Below the pieces are notes generated by a model. The model saw only the letters and a list, made by a program, of their open reading frames with translations. It had not been told where the DNA came from and made no database searches. A program made the position numbers and the translations under genes. A stretch of 64,000 nt of DNA from assembly GCA_051362555.1 (NCBI GenBank), contig CM120640.1, positions 35,793,967-35,857,966 on the forward strand, in the 5' to 3' direction. The DNA is from Lingula anatina (taxonomy: Eukaryota; Animalia; Brachiopoda). Shown here in pieces: positions 14,501 through 26,772 of this stretch. Position 1 is the stretch's first letter, and every line of letters starts with the position of its first letter.

Positions 14501-17500
14501 ACAGATACTTGAGTAAGCTTCAAAGAAAATTTTACAGGGCACAAGATTGTTGTGATCATCTGGTTCGGAAAAATGGAAGAACGATAATTGAAAAAAGGTT
14601 TGCAATACCTGGAAGATAATCATTAAGTATTTGAATGTTAATTTGGCGTCTGCTAAGTAATTATTGCTTCTTTTCTGAGAGTGTTAAAATTTCACAATAA
14701 GTTTCATACAATCAAGACATTTCAGGTTTTCTGCTCAGTAATTGTACGCAGAATAGTCAATTATTTATGGATCCGTAGTATTCCATAGAATTACCTTGCC
14801 ATATAATTCCAACATGAACATTTCTGACAGTAAAATCAATAAGAATAGCATTCATAATCCACAGCTTATGGGAAAATTACTTGATCATCTGAGCTATGTA
14901 GTTAATCTACAAAAATGTCATATCTTTGAACTTAATTGGATCTATTATTTATGGAGTATGTGAATAGGTGATGAGACATGCATCTTATTGAGATTTTTTT
15001 TAGAAAATTGTTTCTAATGAAGTCATTTTAGATCACGTTAAGTTTCAGAATATCAGAACAGTGAATTGCCTGGACTAAAGATAACTTAGTTAATATTAGG
15101 ATTTTGAAAATTGGGGTGTTTCTCAAAAATTCTTTCTTAAAATCATATTTTACTCATTGTGGTGTGGCTTTTAGACATACCAGTTTAACTCAGAAATTTG
15201 ATCGGTGGATTGCATTACTTCATGCAGAAAGTTGGTTTTCTTCTGTAATGCAAACAGGTGTCTTAATTGCATGTTGTAGCTGACTGGCACAATTGTCACT
15301 TGGTTCTAAACCAGAAGATTTTTTCTTATTAATGTCCAACCTAGAAGAAATATGAAGTTTATGATCATAACATGAGCTTTGAAGTGATATAAAGTTTACG
15401 ATGATGATGATATGACAATAGGACATGCATTAGAGTATTCATTAGCACAGGATTCAGGAAGGTTTTATTACCCCATTGTTTCTTACTCTTCAAGGTCGTG
15501 TGCACCATGCTTTGGGCCACTACCCTCAAGCCGTGCAATATCTCCAACAAGGGCTACAAATTGCCGAACAGCTCGGCCGGAAAGAAGACGAGGCAAAGAT
15601 CCGCCATCGCCTTGGTCTGGCTTTGTGGGGCCACGAAGACATGGAAGAGGCACAACAGCAGCTGTACAGGGCCGCGGAACTGTTTGAGAACATCAGGAGG
15701 GAGGCGCAGATGAGCAGTGACTATAAACTGTCCCTGTTTGACCTGCAGACCGCCTCCTATCAAGCCCTGCAGGTAAAAATGGAAATGTGATCCCCATAGA
15801 ACAAACCATTAACAATCTCTGGGGTTGAAGTAGTGTACATAGGATAATGCTCACCACTTTTTTTTTTTTTTTTTACCAAAGTGACTTCTGTCTTTCATTT
15901 GTGTTTATATGTTTTGCAAACAATAAAAAGGTTGGGGATTAATGGAAAAAGTAAATGTCCTGTCAGTATAAGGGTTGTTGACCTCAGTAAGTATATTGTC
16001 CTTTTGGATTGATTAGTGAAGAATCATTTGTTATGGTCATTATCATTGTTGATTCAAAACCTGGGCTGAAGTAGTTAAGGTCAAAAATAATATAATCTCT
16101 TCTTGTCTTATGTCTGTTCAAATTTTTATGAGGGATTTAAAGTATGTTTGGAAATATGTTTTCCATCTCATAATATAATGGACTTATAGGTGAGCATATC
16201 AATCAGTGCAGATAGCATTAAATTAAATAGTCTTAAGCAAGCTGGTTATCTTCAGAAGTTGAGTTCTATCTAACCTACGTTAGTCCATGTCTGAACAGGA
16301 TATTTTTCTTCACTGAATCCCTCCTTGAGCAACAAGATGAATATATATGACTTGAAGAATTTTTTAATCATTTCAGCGTGTTCTTGTGGCACTTGGAAGA
16401 CACGAAGAGGCTCTGGTAGTGGCTGAACGAGGTAGAACGCGTGCCTTTGTCGACCTGCTCCTAGAGAGACAGACGGGAGGGGAGGGCATGTACGTGGACA
16501 ATACTCCTATGACAGTGGAGCAGATCCTCCACATTGTCGGCAGGCAAAAAGCCACTGTGGTCTACTATTCCATTGCTGCTGGCTACTTGTATTGTTGGGT
16601 GCTCAGCCCAGAAAAGGGTAAGTCCTTTTTACTTGGAAAATGATAAAATGGTGTCCCCATGTTCGAAAGCAACCTTGGATATAAATTATGTACAGTAACT
16701 GATGAATCACTATTGTTTTTTATATTTTTTTTTTCATCATGCAGTGCCAAATACCTGTTTTATTTTTCTTTAAATAAATTTGCTTTATGCTATTTATGCT
16801 ATATACTATTCAAGTGGCAAAGATATGTATGTGGAATACCTTACAGTATGCATTTCCTTAAAGACAGAGAGAGAGAGAAATATGCTATTCATTGAAATAA
16901 CAATCTTGCAGCAGCACTTTCATCTTGTTAAATTTTTGGTTCAGGAATAGTCAAGTTTTATGAAAAGAACATCAACGAGGCAGACACTGGGTCAGTAGAT
17001 GAAGTGGATGCAGACACACAGTCACTGAATATGTCCAGTACTTCACTACTAGATCAGTATGTAGGAGGGGTAAGAGAGTCCCTGGGAATAGAGAGCCACC
17101 TATCCAATAGCAGCTTAAGGTAAGTTTGTAAACCATGTTTAATGGCTCATATGTTACAATGAAAACGTATACAAAGCCGTAAACCAGAATGGCATAATTT
17201 TAACCAGGAAGTTTGTAATTTTACTCAGGGTACAGTTTTAGACGTTGAAACTTGTTTCCTAAGCATCGAATCACAAAGCCTTAAGAAATAGAGTGAGGAA
17301 GTTGAAAGTACTAAGTTGTGTCACATAGAGGTACTCCTATTGTTCCTGCACTTTGCCCTCCACATGACCATTTTTTATGGACTGTATTAGTTTTACAACC
17401 GTGGTTCCCTAGCAGTAAAATTAATAGTACTCGTGGACTTGTGTTGGTACATCACTAATTTGGACCTTTCATGTTGTATGATTTCCTTTTCCTTGCATGT

Positions 17501-20500
17501 TAATATCAGAATGGACATGTGAATTGCTTTTGGTTTCCTGTTCTTACTCCTTTCTCACACTTCATAAACCTTTGATATGTAATGTGGCACAATTACATCC
17601 ATTAGCACGGCAATTCTCGACGTTTTATTCATTTCTTTCGTGTTGGCAAGATTCACTTTTGCCTCTACATTCTCCGTGTAAGTGTTCACCAAAAAAAGTC
17701 GACTTTTATGAATCACCTTCAAAAAAATTTGAGATGTATTTTATGATATAACCTGGCAAGTAATCAACTTGATAGATATAGCATCAAAGGTTGGGAACAG
17801 AGGTTTGAAGAAAGTCTTGTAGTTTAATACCTTATATCAAATGATATAATCTTTTTTTCAGATTGTCTACCAGCCGGTCATCAAGCATGATGAGTGAGAA
17901 CGAGAGCGATGCTGATGAAATGTGGCAGCAGCAACTAGAGGAAATTGGTGGCAAATTAAACGCTGAAAATGACCGCACGGGATTCCTGCGCATGGTCAAC
18001 AGGAACCACGTCTTCAATGCCAGTAATTATAGCCTCAGTAGTCTGTTCAGCTTCAGTGGCTCAATCAATGGACTGAACATGAATCGAGGAAACAGCCTAC
18101 GGAAAAGCAGTCGTGGCTGGTCTGGAAAGCCACCATTAAGTGCCTTGTACGATCTCCTCATTGCTCCCATTGAAGACTCCCTGCCGCCCTCAGCTGACGA
18201 TTTGGACAGCCAGTTATCCCAATCGTCCCACTCATCTCACTCGAGTCACACCCACAAGAAGGAAATTGTGCTAGTCCTTCAGGGAGACTTATACCTCGTA
18301 CCATTTGCAGTATTGAAAAACAGTCAGGCTAACAGCTACTTATATGAGAAATTCAACCTGGTGGCTGTTCCCTCACTCACAGCCTTGCAGGGAAATCAGG
18401 GCAGTGTCAGGCTCACCAGACTGGGGCTTGAAGCCACCGGGTCTCTCATAGTCGGCAACCCTGCCTTACCCATCAGCATCAAGGAGCAATGGCAATGGTC
18501 AGAGCTCCCTTCAGCAGAACAAGAAGCCAAGATCATCGCAGAAATGATGGGAGCCAAGCCCCTTACGAGCCACGCAGCTACGAAAGAGGCAGTCCTCCAT
18601 CACATGCCCAAGTCGGAGGTCATGCATTTTGCAACCCATGTGTCCTGGAAATTGTCCTCAGTTGTTTTGTCGCCTGGGGAGTTCACTCCAGAGCACAGGA
18701 CTGACCGTTTCCATGATGACAGCGGTAGCGATATCAGCAGTACCATGGACGGACCATCCTTGCCAGAATTCCTCCTGACTGCAGCGGATGTCCTGAACAT
18801 CAAACTCAATGCCAAACTTGTCGTGCTAAACTCGGGCCACACAGATGACAGAGCAGGTCGGATCAACTCAGATGGCGTAGTTGGCCTCACTCGTGCTTTT
18901 CTAGCTGCTGGAGCTCAGTGTGTTGTATTCTCATTATGGCCAGTACCGGCTGAGGCCTCGAAGATCTTCATGAGATCTTTTTACACATCCATGCTGCAGG
19001 GCTACCAGGCCAGTAAGGCAATATCAGAAGCCATGAGGACTGTACAAACCACAAAGCAGTATACACATCCGTCTAGTTGGGGTGGCTGGGTGATGGTTGG
19101 TAGTGATGTCAAACTCAGCAGCAAGGTGGCGCTGATGGGCCATGCCTTCTACGAAATTCTTCAGCATCCTAATAAGTGCAGAGAGGCCATGAGGGTGTTG
19201 TTGCATTTGGTGAGTTTTATAAGTTTTCATGATAGTTTGTAATAGCTGCTACATTTTTGTGTGTTGTTTCATCTGATGCTTGGTACATAGTCAAAATGTG
19301 CACCCTTGAAAAAAAATTTTTTTAAACCAAAAACTAAATGTATTTCTTTACATCAATAGATAGAGAAATATAAAATGGAAAGGATAATCTTCATAATGAT
19401 AAGGAATTTCATCTTATAAAAAAAATCCAGAATGCATTTTAGATATTAAAAATTTTAGGTATTTTAGGTATTGGGTTTTATGTAACTCGTTCATCTTTGT
19501 CTGTTGCAGGTTGAGAAATCTCTACAGAGAATCCATCGTGGTCAGAAGAATGCCATGTATACCACCCAGCAGAGCATAGAGACCAAGGTTTGCAACATCC
19601 ACGGGTGGAAAGATCTGCTGATCTCTATTGGATTCCGCTTTGAACCAGCAGCCAATGGACTTCCACCAGCGGTGTTCTTTCCTACCTCAGATCCTGGAGA
19701 GCGCTTGACACAATGCAGTGCCAGTTTGCAGGCTTTACTAGGTAAATTTGATCCCCTATCATGAATTTATTTAATATATTGTTTACAAATGATGAAAATA
19801 TGTTAGCTAGGAATGTCAAATTGTCAGAAATATATTTAGGTAAATCATTCTGATTGTTTAGCTATTATTTACTGCTATTACATAAACATGAACAAAGGGC
19901 AAGTATTGATAAAAGCTATTCATAGGACTTTCCACTAATATTGAACTACACTACTTCTTACAGGTCTTCCTGTCAACAGTTTGATTCCCTTATCCAAGTT
20001 GTTGTCCCAGTATGAAGCAGGAGAAGCAATCATTCAACTGGTAAGATTTCAAATTAGATGATTTTCTTTGCACAATTGAAGCAATTATTTTATTACAAAC
20101 TAGATAAGAACCCTAGGACTGCTGTGATATTTATTAAACTTGTTACATGATATTTGTTAAACCTAGTTCCAATATTTTCAGATTTACACAAGCATTTATG
20201 TTTCAGTGGAAAATTTTTCAACGATATGTTTTTAACTTTATTTTATTGCAATTGTTATTCAGTTAAGAGATGTTAATGGGAAACTCTCTCAGAAGGATGG
20301 CAATGCTCAGGTTACAATGAGGGTGAAGTTATGGAGGGTCCCTGGATGCCATGAGTTCCTTGCTGCTATAGGTACACAACTTCTTACATTTAATGCAATA
20401 AAAATAGCCAAATGTAGGAAACATATTCTGAATAAGTTAATTGGTCATGTATATTTTAGCTGCTGCCATAGTGTCAGTTCATTGATCAAGTTAAACAGTT

Positions 20501-23500
20501 GAGGAAAATAATCAAAATAATGGTTAATGAAATTATTTTCTACAAGTTGCATACAATGATTTTTGTGTTTTTTTTCATCAAGCATCGTGTATGATATGGT
20601 TTCTCTTTCCTGTAGGTTTTGACCTGATAGATGTAGGCAAGGATGAAGTGACCATCAAGCCAGGCAAGCAGGCCACTAAGAGGACAGTCCAGTGTGCCCT
20701 GCAGGCTCTGCTTGCTGTACTCGGTAAGCTCTTTTAATTTTATACCTCAATATGTACCATTTTATTAGACAAATGCCCATACATCAGCATTGCACAAGAT
20801 GCAAACTATGTCTTTTTTCTACCAGTATTTGTCGGAACTTAATTTTTCTGTATCTGGGCCTGTGTCTCCACTAGGCCCATTTCTCCACTCTAAAAACTCG
20901 ATGACAGTTTTGATTGTCTAAAATTTATAATTTTTTTCTCTCAGACACTCAAGAAGCTCCAAGAAGCCTCTCCCTGGACAGCTCTAGCAGCATGGAGAGT
21001 TTGGCATCATCAGGGTCTGCCACTTCCACCTCCAACTTCTCCAAGGGCAGCACCCCTCCTGACTCCCCTCACGGCAGAGGAAGGTTTCCCACTGGGGCCT
21101 ACACCATGGATCCCTCAACAAGGATGCAACTTATGCAGCAGGTTAGTTTTTTTTTGTTTGTTTTTTGCTTTTTTTTTTCTTTTTCAATAATAAGAAACAG
21201 AATGTAGAAGTTGAAAACAGCACAGGTAGTTAAACATTTTAAAACTTACTGTAGCATGCCAAAATAGCATGCTATGTTGACATTAGTGTGTAATTTGTTT
21301 ACTTGGGGTGGAACCTGATACCTCTTATTTTAAACAGGGGCTACTTGATCAAATTGATGTTTTCAACTACTAGATAATAAAATAAGGAAAGTCCTGAAAC
21401 ACTGCCAAGATTTAACAATAATCAAATACAAACACATTTGATCTTTTCTTTTCCAGGGAGGATTAGTTGGCCGAAATCTACCCGGATTTCAGAGATTCTC
21501 ACCTGGGATAGGCAACAAGCCAGGACTGGGCCAGTACAGGGGCGGCCCTGTGCAGAAAAATGGTCTCACCTCCCCAAACATGTCAGCAAAGGTGGAAGAT
21601 GCCTTCAGATATGGTGGCCCCAGTGCCACATCCCTGCAACAGAAACCACAGGAATACCAAGAAAACATGCCAAAAGTTCTGGGCGTTGAGGTCCAGCACC
21701 ACAGGGATGAAAACGGCTCCATTTCGTCCAGTGCTTCTGAAAGTGGAGGGGTTCATCCCATGCTTAATAACAGTAATGCTGCAGCTCCTCTTCATCATGA
21801 GGAATATGAATCGTCAGAGGAGGAATTGCCTTATAATCCTCCACCCATGACAGATTATACAGGGTTGAATAGACAGTCAAATCTGAGAAGCTCAGCAGCC
21901 TCGGGTAGTAGTACTCTGACTGGCAAAAGTGGGTCATCGGGTGGTATCAAAAGGGCATTTGACCTCAAGAGCCACAGGTCATCCACTAAAAGCAGTGCCA
22001 GTGACCGGACACTGACCAATGAGCCCCAGACTCTCAGCACTCCTAAAAGGACTGACTCCTTGTCCTCTGACAAAAGCTCTGAGCTCAGTTATCCTGATAC
22101 CAAACCACTGGGGATAACGGACCCCACAATGCTTGCCCACAAAGTTCTTGCCGAGACCCACCAGCATTGGCAAGCTGTTGAGCACATGCAAAGACTGAGT
22201 ATACAGGAACTGAAGAAGGAGCAAGCGGCCAACCCAATGCCAGTCCCTCCTGTGCCGGATGCTGCACAAACTCAAGCTACTTCTACACCAATACAACAGA
22301 ACCTCCAGATCTCACAGCAACACGATGATATGGAGATGGAATTTCACGAAATCAATGTGGATGATTCCCCATATCACAGAGAACAGACCAATATCTCACA
22401 ACAACAGAGACCAAGTGCCAGACCTTTTGCCCCTAAAAGGACATCTTCAGACTCCTCTGCTGCATCCAGCAGGGGTAGTGGTCATCCTGACGGGTCATCA
22501 GACAATGGACGCAGTCAGGAAAGAAGACCCAAACCACTGGGGGTCAGTGCACCGGCCAATGGGCAGGACTCGGTCAGAAACTTGAATGGGCCCAGAAAAA
22601 TTACGGGATACACCCCACCAGGTACACCACCTCCTAAATATGGAGAGTCAACACCCCTGAGTGAAGCCCACAGTTTGAAGCCCAGTAGGCCTCCCCCTCC
22701 ACCAAAACCCATTTTAAAGCATGTGCATTTCAATGACCAGCATCATAATAATTCCGCAGACTTTGAGGCTGCTCCTCCACCCCTCCCCCCTCCCAGGGGT
22801 GTCCCTTATGAAAATGATGCTGATGATGAGATAGGGGAGGGAAGAGGCCAACAAGACAGACAGGATAGCCAGTATGGCATAAAATATGCAGAAAAGAAAA
22901 CTGTGCACATGACAGACAATGAAAAACCCGCAGAGAAATTTGACCTGAATAACATTCCCAAAATATTTCAGCAGAATGGCCCTTTGTCTTCTGGAATGCG
23001 TCCACCGTACCTTCCACCATATCCCAGACACAGGTTACCACCTCCTTACCCTCATGGAGGAGTGTCACCTAGGGGGCAGTCACCAAGGTCACCACAACAT
23101 GGCTATTTCCAGCAGAAACCGTTACAATCTCCACTGAACTTTGTCCAGCCTGATAGCAGCGATTCGGATTGGGAGGGGCAAGACCAAAGGTCACCGGCTC
23201 TGAGGACGTTTGCCTCACCACAAACAAAAGCTCCCATCGCCCAGAGGTACACAGCTTCTCGAGGTTCTCCCAGCCGCACTTCACCCATGGTGTCACCATC
23301 ATCTCAGTTCTCATCTCCACAGAACCGACCTGGTAGTGCCACAAGTACAAGTAGTCAGTATTCATCTGCTTCCGCTTCGTCAGCCCAGACTGTGATACAT
23401 AGACCTCCTAGTATTCTAGAGGGGCAAGAGGAAAGTAACAATAGTAGAGACTCCTTGCCTAGTACTGCTGGGACATACACACAGAACAGCTCCTTTGAGC

Positions 23501-23919
23501 GCTATCCATCTCCCAGAGGTAGTACTTCAACTCCTCCTCAGTATAACACTGGTAAAATGGACTATAATTCATGGAGACAGCATGAACCACAGGGTAATGA
23601 GAGGTTGTCCAATGCAAACCACATGGCAGTGAGTCCTAAAAATGTCCAATCATGGCAAGGGTATCGGCAGTCGCCAAATCAAACGCCAAATCACACCAGG
23701 TCAGAGTATGCAGAGGAATATGAATTGAGTTACATACAGTCCACCACACAAAGACCTGACTATAGTGACACTGATGAAAGTGTGTCCAGTCAGGGGTCAA
23801 GACCAACTATGCCAGCTTTCTTGCAAGGAAAATCTAACGGCAATGTTCAGATGTATTACATAGACAGTGATCGACAGCCGGTAAAGAAGACTCGTGTACT
23901 GCAGTCGTCAAAATGCTGA
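8599..23919 (+). CDS. TTC28: Tetratricopeptide repeat protein 28 (TPR array + CHAT domain), 5'-partial, 14 exons in window
   Basis: Exons with GT-AG ends and consistent phases: 8599-8746, 9218-9490, 10191-12497, 14262-14402, 15495-15772, 16377-16617, 16945-17119, 17862-19209, 19510-19741, 19964-20040, 20263-20371, 20616-20723, 20945-21141, 21457-23919 (8097 nt, in frame, TGA stop). Peptides such as DALAAFASGLAQDPK, MKLDKSPFV, LKIGTCSLKLRGSVFSALSS, AERGRTRAFVDLL, HFATHVSWKLS and LWRVPGCHEFLAA match vertebrate TTC28 as I recall it. Bases 1-8598 are probably a long upstream intron. Confidence 0.96.
10191..12497 (+). CDS. TTC28: TTC28 2.3-kb exon encoding the bulk of the TPR array
   Basis: ctcag acceptor at 10190 and GTAAGT donor at 12498. 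Encodes ~40-aa repeats with RAxGNLG/SNLG motifs (ORF track 10289-12505). Confidence 0.95.
17862..19209 (+). CDS. TTC28: TTC28 exon encoding the CHAT (caspase-HetF-like) domain
   Basis: Contains LYDLLIAP, LYLVPFA, VGNP, LPSAEQEA, ATKEAVL, HFATH, LVVL, GLTRAFLAAGAQCVVFSLWPV and HPSSWGGW, typical CHAT motifs. Confidence 0.93.
21457..23919 (+). CDS. TTC28: TTC28 terminal exon, ~820-aa Ser/Pro/Gln-rich disordered tail
   Basis: ttccag acceptor at 21456, phase 0, in frame with ORF 21550-23919 and with the preceding exon ending CAG|GTTAGT at 21141. Confidence 0.88.
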   Translation, partial: GGLVGRNLPGFQRFSPGIGNKPGLGQYRGGPVQKNGLTSPNMSAKVEDAFRYGGPSATSLQQKPQEYQENMPKVLGVEVQHHRDENGSISSSASESGGVHPMLNNSNAAAPLHHEEYESSEEELPYNPPPMTDYTGLNRQSNLRSSAASGSSTLTGKSGSSGGIKRAFDLKSHRSSTKSSASDRTLTNEPQTLSTPKRTDSLSSDKSSELSYPDTKPLGITDPTMLAHKVLAETHQHWQAVEHMQRLSIQELKKEQAANPMPVPPVPDAAQTQATSTPIQQNLQISQQHDDMEMEFHEINVDDSPYHREQTNISQQQRPSARPFAPKRTSSDSSAASSRGSGHPDGSSDNGRSQERRPKPLGVSAPANGQDSVRNLNGPRKITGYTPPGTPPPKYGESTPLSEAHSLKPSRPPPPPKPILKHVHFNDQHHNNSADFEAAPPPLPPPRGVPYENDADDEIGEGRGQQDRQDSQYGIKYAEKKTVHMTDNEKPAEKFDLNNIPKIFQQNGPLSSGMRPPYLPPYPRHRLPPPYPHGGVSPRGQSPRSPQHGYFQQKPLQSPLNFVQPDSSDSDWEGQDQRSPALRTFASPQTKAPIAQRYTASRGSPSRTSPMVSPSSQFSSPQNRPGSATSTSSQYSSASASSAQTVIHRPPSILEGQEESNNSRDSLPSTAGTYTQNSSFERYPSPRGSTSTPPQYNTGKMDYNSWRQHEPQGNERLSNANHMAVSPKNVQSWQGYRQSPNQTPNHTRSEYAEEYELSYIQSTTQRPDYSDTDESVSSQGSRPTMPAFLQGKSNGNVQMYYIDSDRQPVKKTRVLQSSKC

Positions 23920-26772
23920 AGGGTGTAGTTCAGAAGTACACATTGAAACACTAATTTGATTATTAGAGTCAGTTAAATATTTTGGACAGACATATCTAGC
24001 TAACAAAATATATAACCAAAAAATGCACTGAGCAAAGAAAGAAAGTTATCATGAACGTTATAAATGGTCACCTTCACATGTTATGCAGGCACATTTCTTG
24101 CATTTTATTCATACAGGTTCACTTTAGAGCTATTTGTATTTTTAAAACGAAGTCACAAATCAAAGTGTACTCAAATTTAAAAACTGTACATATCAAGGGA
24201 AAGATGTAGGAACTGGATCCAGTAATGAACTTAAGTTTACACAAAAGTGGCACATATATTACTAAAGTATTTTTGTGTTTAAACTCTCCATTCCCAGGAT
24301 GTATTTGGGAGCAGAAGTGAAAATTGTTTATTTGGAGAAATTTGTCTTAATCTGAGAACCAAGTACATGCTTCCAAAGTCCGTCCAAAAAGAAAAGTGCT
24401 GTTATAAACAGCGTGTCAAGCTTTGAGAGATGTTATTTATTCTCTCAAGGTTTATCCACACTCAAAAGGCTGTGTGATATTTTATTTTAGCTGCAGAAAT
24501 CTCAGTATTTTAAAGGTGGTGAATCGCCTGTGTTTTGGTTGTGATAAAAAGACTGAGAAAAGCACCACAGATTGGATTGAATCCACAAGGTCGTTCATGT
24601 ATAAGTGTACATTTTTACAAGTTAATTTATATAATAATGCATTAGAAATGATTTTAGATATGCATACCAAGCACAATGTGTTGTTGTCAGGGTAAAGATC
24701 CCCACGGAGATTAGTTCATGAGTATGTTGACTTTGCAATAAAGAAAGTATGGCAGATTTTAGAAAAACAAGTTCAGTAGCAATATTTATGGCAGTAACAA
24801 TTGCAAGACTGCAAGATTGTTTAATTAAGTACAAATATGAAAAATGTTATCTGTTTGACTGCTGTGTAGAGGTTCCCTAGATTATTTATAAAATTATTTC
24901 TAGTCCCAGGGTTGTGTGGAAAAAAAACTCAAAATGTTTGGGTTGGTAGTTTATATTCTTTTGTAAAGGTTGTGTCGTTGTATCTACTTATTTGTAGGTT
25001 TTAAAAAGTTTTTCACGTGACTGAAATCTTGTAAATATTGTATAAACGTATCTTGTACAATGGAAAAAAAAGTATGCAAAGTATGAACATTCAAACATAT
25101 ACCATTCAAATGTAATATATTCATATATTTTGCAGAAGGGCAAATAAATATAAATATACAAATGCAAATATTACATTGTTTCAGTTTATTGATTATTACG
25201 GACATTGAATCACACGTCACTGATGTGACATTAACAATGGACGCCAGGAGTATGCTTGTGCTACTAGGTATATAACATTTACATACATCTGGATCATTTT
25301 TCTTGGAGTTTAAAGTTTGTTTTTTCACAAATTGGGATTTTCCAGAAATGACCAAACTTCCCATGGGTACAAGTGCTGTGCTAGATTAAATTTCCAATTG
25401 CCCACAATACCAGAAGTACGAAATTAAAAACTGGTAGTGATTATGCTCCTAAGCATTGTTATATTGCACAATTACTGACAAAACGTTATCATAAACACAA
25501 AAGATAAAACTTCTTACTCTCAGAACTTGAAGAAGATTCATAGGAATAAAATACTGCTTGAATTCAAAATTGGCCTGATTGCATCGTTTTTCTTGAAGTT
25601 GTGTAGTTTTTTTATGAATCTTTGTTATTTTTAATTTTAAAACGTATCTTCAAGGTGTGAGACAGTAATTCCACACTTGACTGATAAAGATGCCTGGGAA
25701 ACACTAAAAAAGTCTCGGGAGATATTTGTGGGGAAAAAAGAATACATAACATTTGTCTGTCCACTTAACAGTATTTGCTTCCTTGTTTATTTTTATGATA
25801 AGTTAACAATTTACTATTATACAGACGTAGATATTTCACTTCTAGAGGTGCGGGCTCAGAGTTTAAAATGCATATGATCCTGAGATGGAAATGTAACAGA
25901 GTTTAAATAAATGCATGGGGAAAAATTTAACATTGTTTGGTAAATAATTAATGAGGTACAACAATTGAATCTGAGTAAGAGTTCAATTTTAAGAGACTTT
26001 TACCATGACACATGGCTGGTTGTTGAAAAAGTCATTATTATATTAATAATTTGAAGAGATTATAATTTTAAAAACTGCCACAGAAAGATTCTTGCAATTA
26101 AAATGTCAAAGGTACAGTGAATGTAACAATATTGTTGAAAACTTGCACTCAAAAGTAGCAAACACTGCTGTGACTGTTGCACTAAAATTACATTAAAATT
26201 CCATGGCATTGTATAAAATAATACAGTTTAAAGCAGGACACCAGAAAAGTAAATCTGTTAAATAGCCGTTCGTAATCTTTGAAACACCACCTTGGCATGT
26301 ATGATCTTCTACCTCTAATCTAAACAGACTAAAAGAACTATGCAATACAAGTTTATTCCTATCACAGTTTTGATCACCTTGCTTTTCTGACCATAAAATA
26401 ACCTTACGTTAAAACAAAATTGTACTTGACCGGGAAGAAATGCTATAGTCTATATTACACTATTAGGACTTGGACTCTCTCCTTAGTATCCACTTAGTGC
26501 CCCTTACCATTTCATTAAAGGAAGTAAGGCAGTTCATCAAAGTTACAATAATAGTGATATATTTAAAAAAATAAAAACAGGATACAGAATGGATCTTGCA
26601 AGATGTTGAAATTTTGTGGAGTTAATAAATCTGGAGTTAATCTATTATTCTGAAGGAACTATTATGGTTACCACTGTGCCTATATAAAATTGTCATTGAA
26701 ATGTCAGCATTTTGTTTGTTGTGTGGAGTCCTTTGTGTTTATGATATGTCACAGGTGATGCTACTCTGGGAA

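Noticed and set aside
17308-17450. Weak fold-back in a TTC28 intron
   Set aside because: The helices are 4-7 bp with many bulges; insufficient support.
10191-19209. TPR-CHAT protein as part of a prokaryotic defence system (Craspase-like)
   Set aside because: It is a spliced eukaryotic TTC28 orthologue lacking the catalytic Cys. There are no cas genes or arrays in the window.
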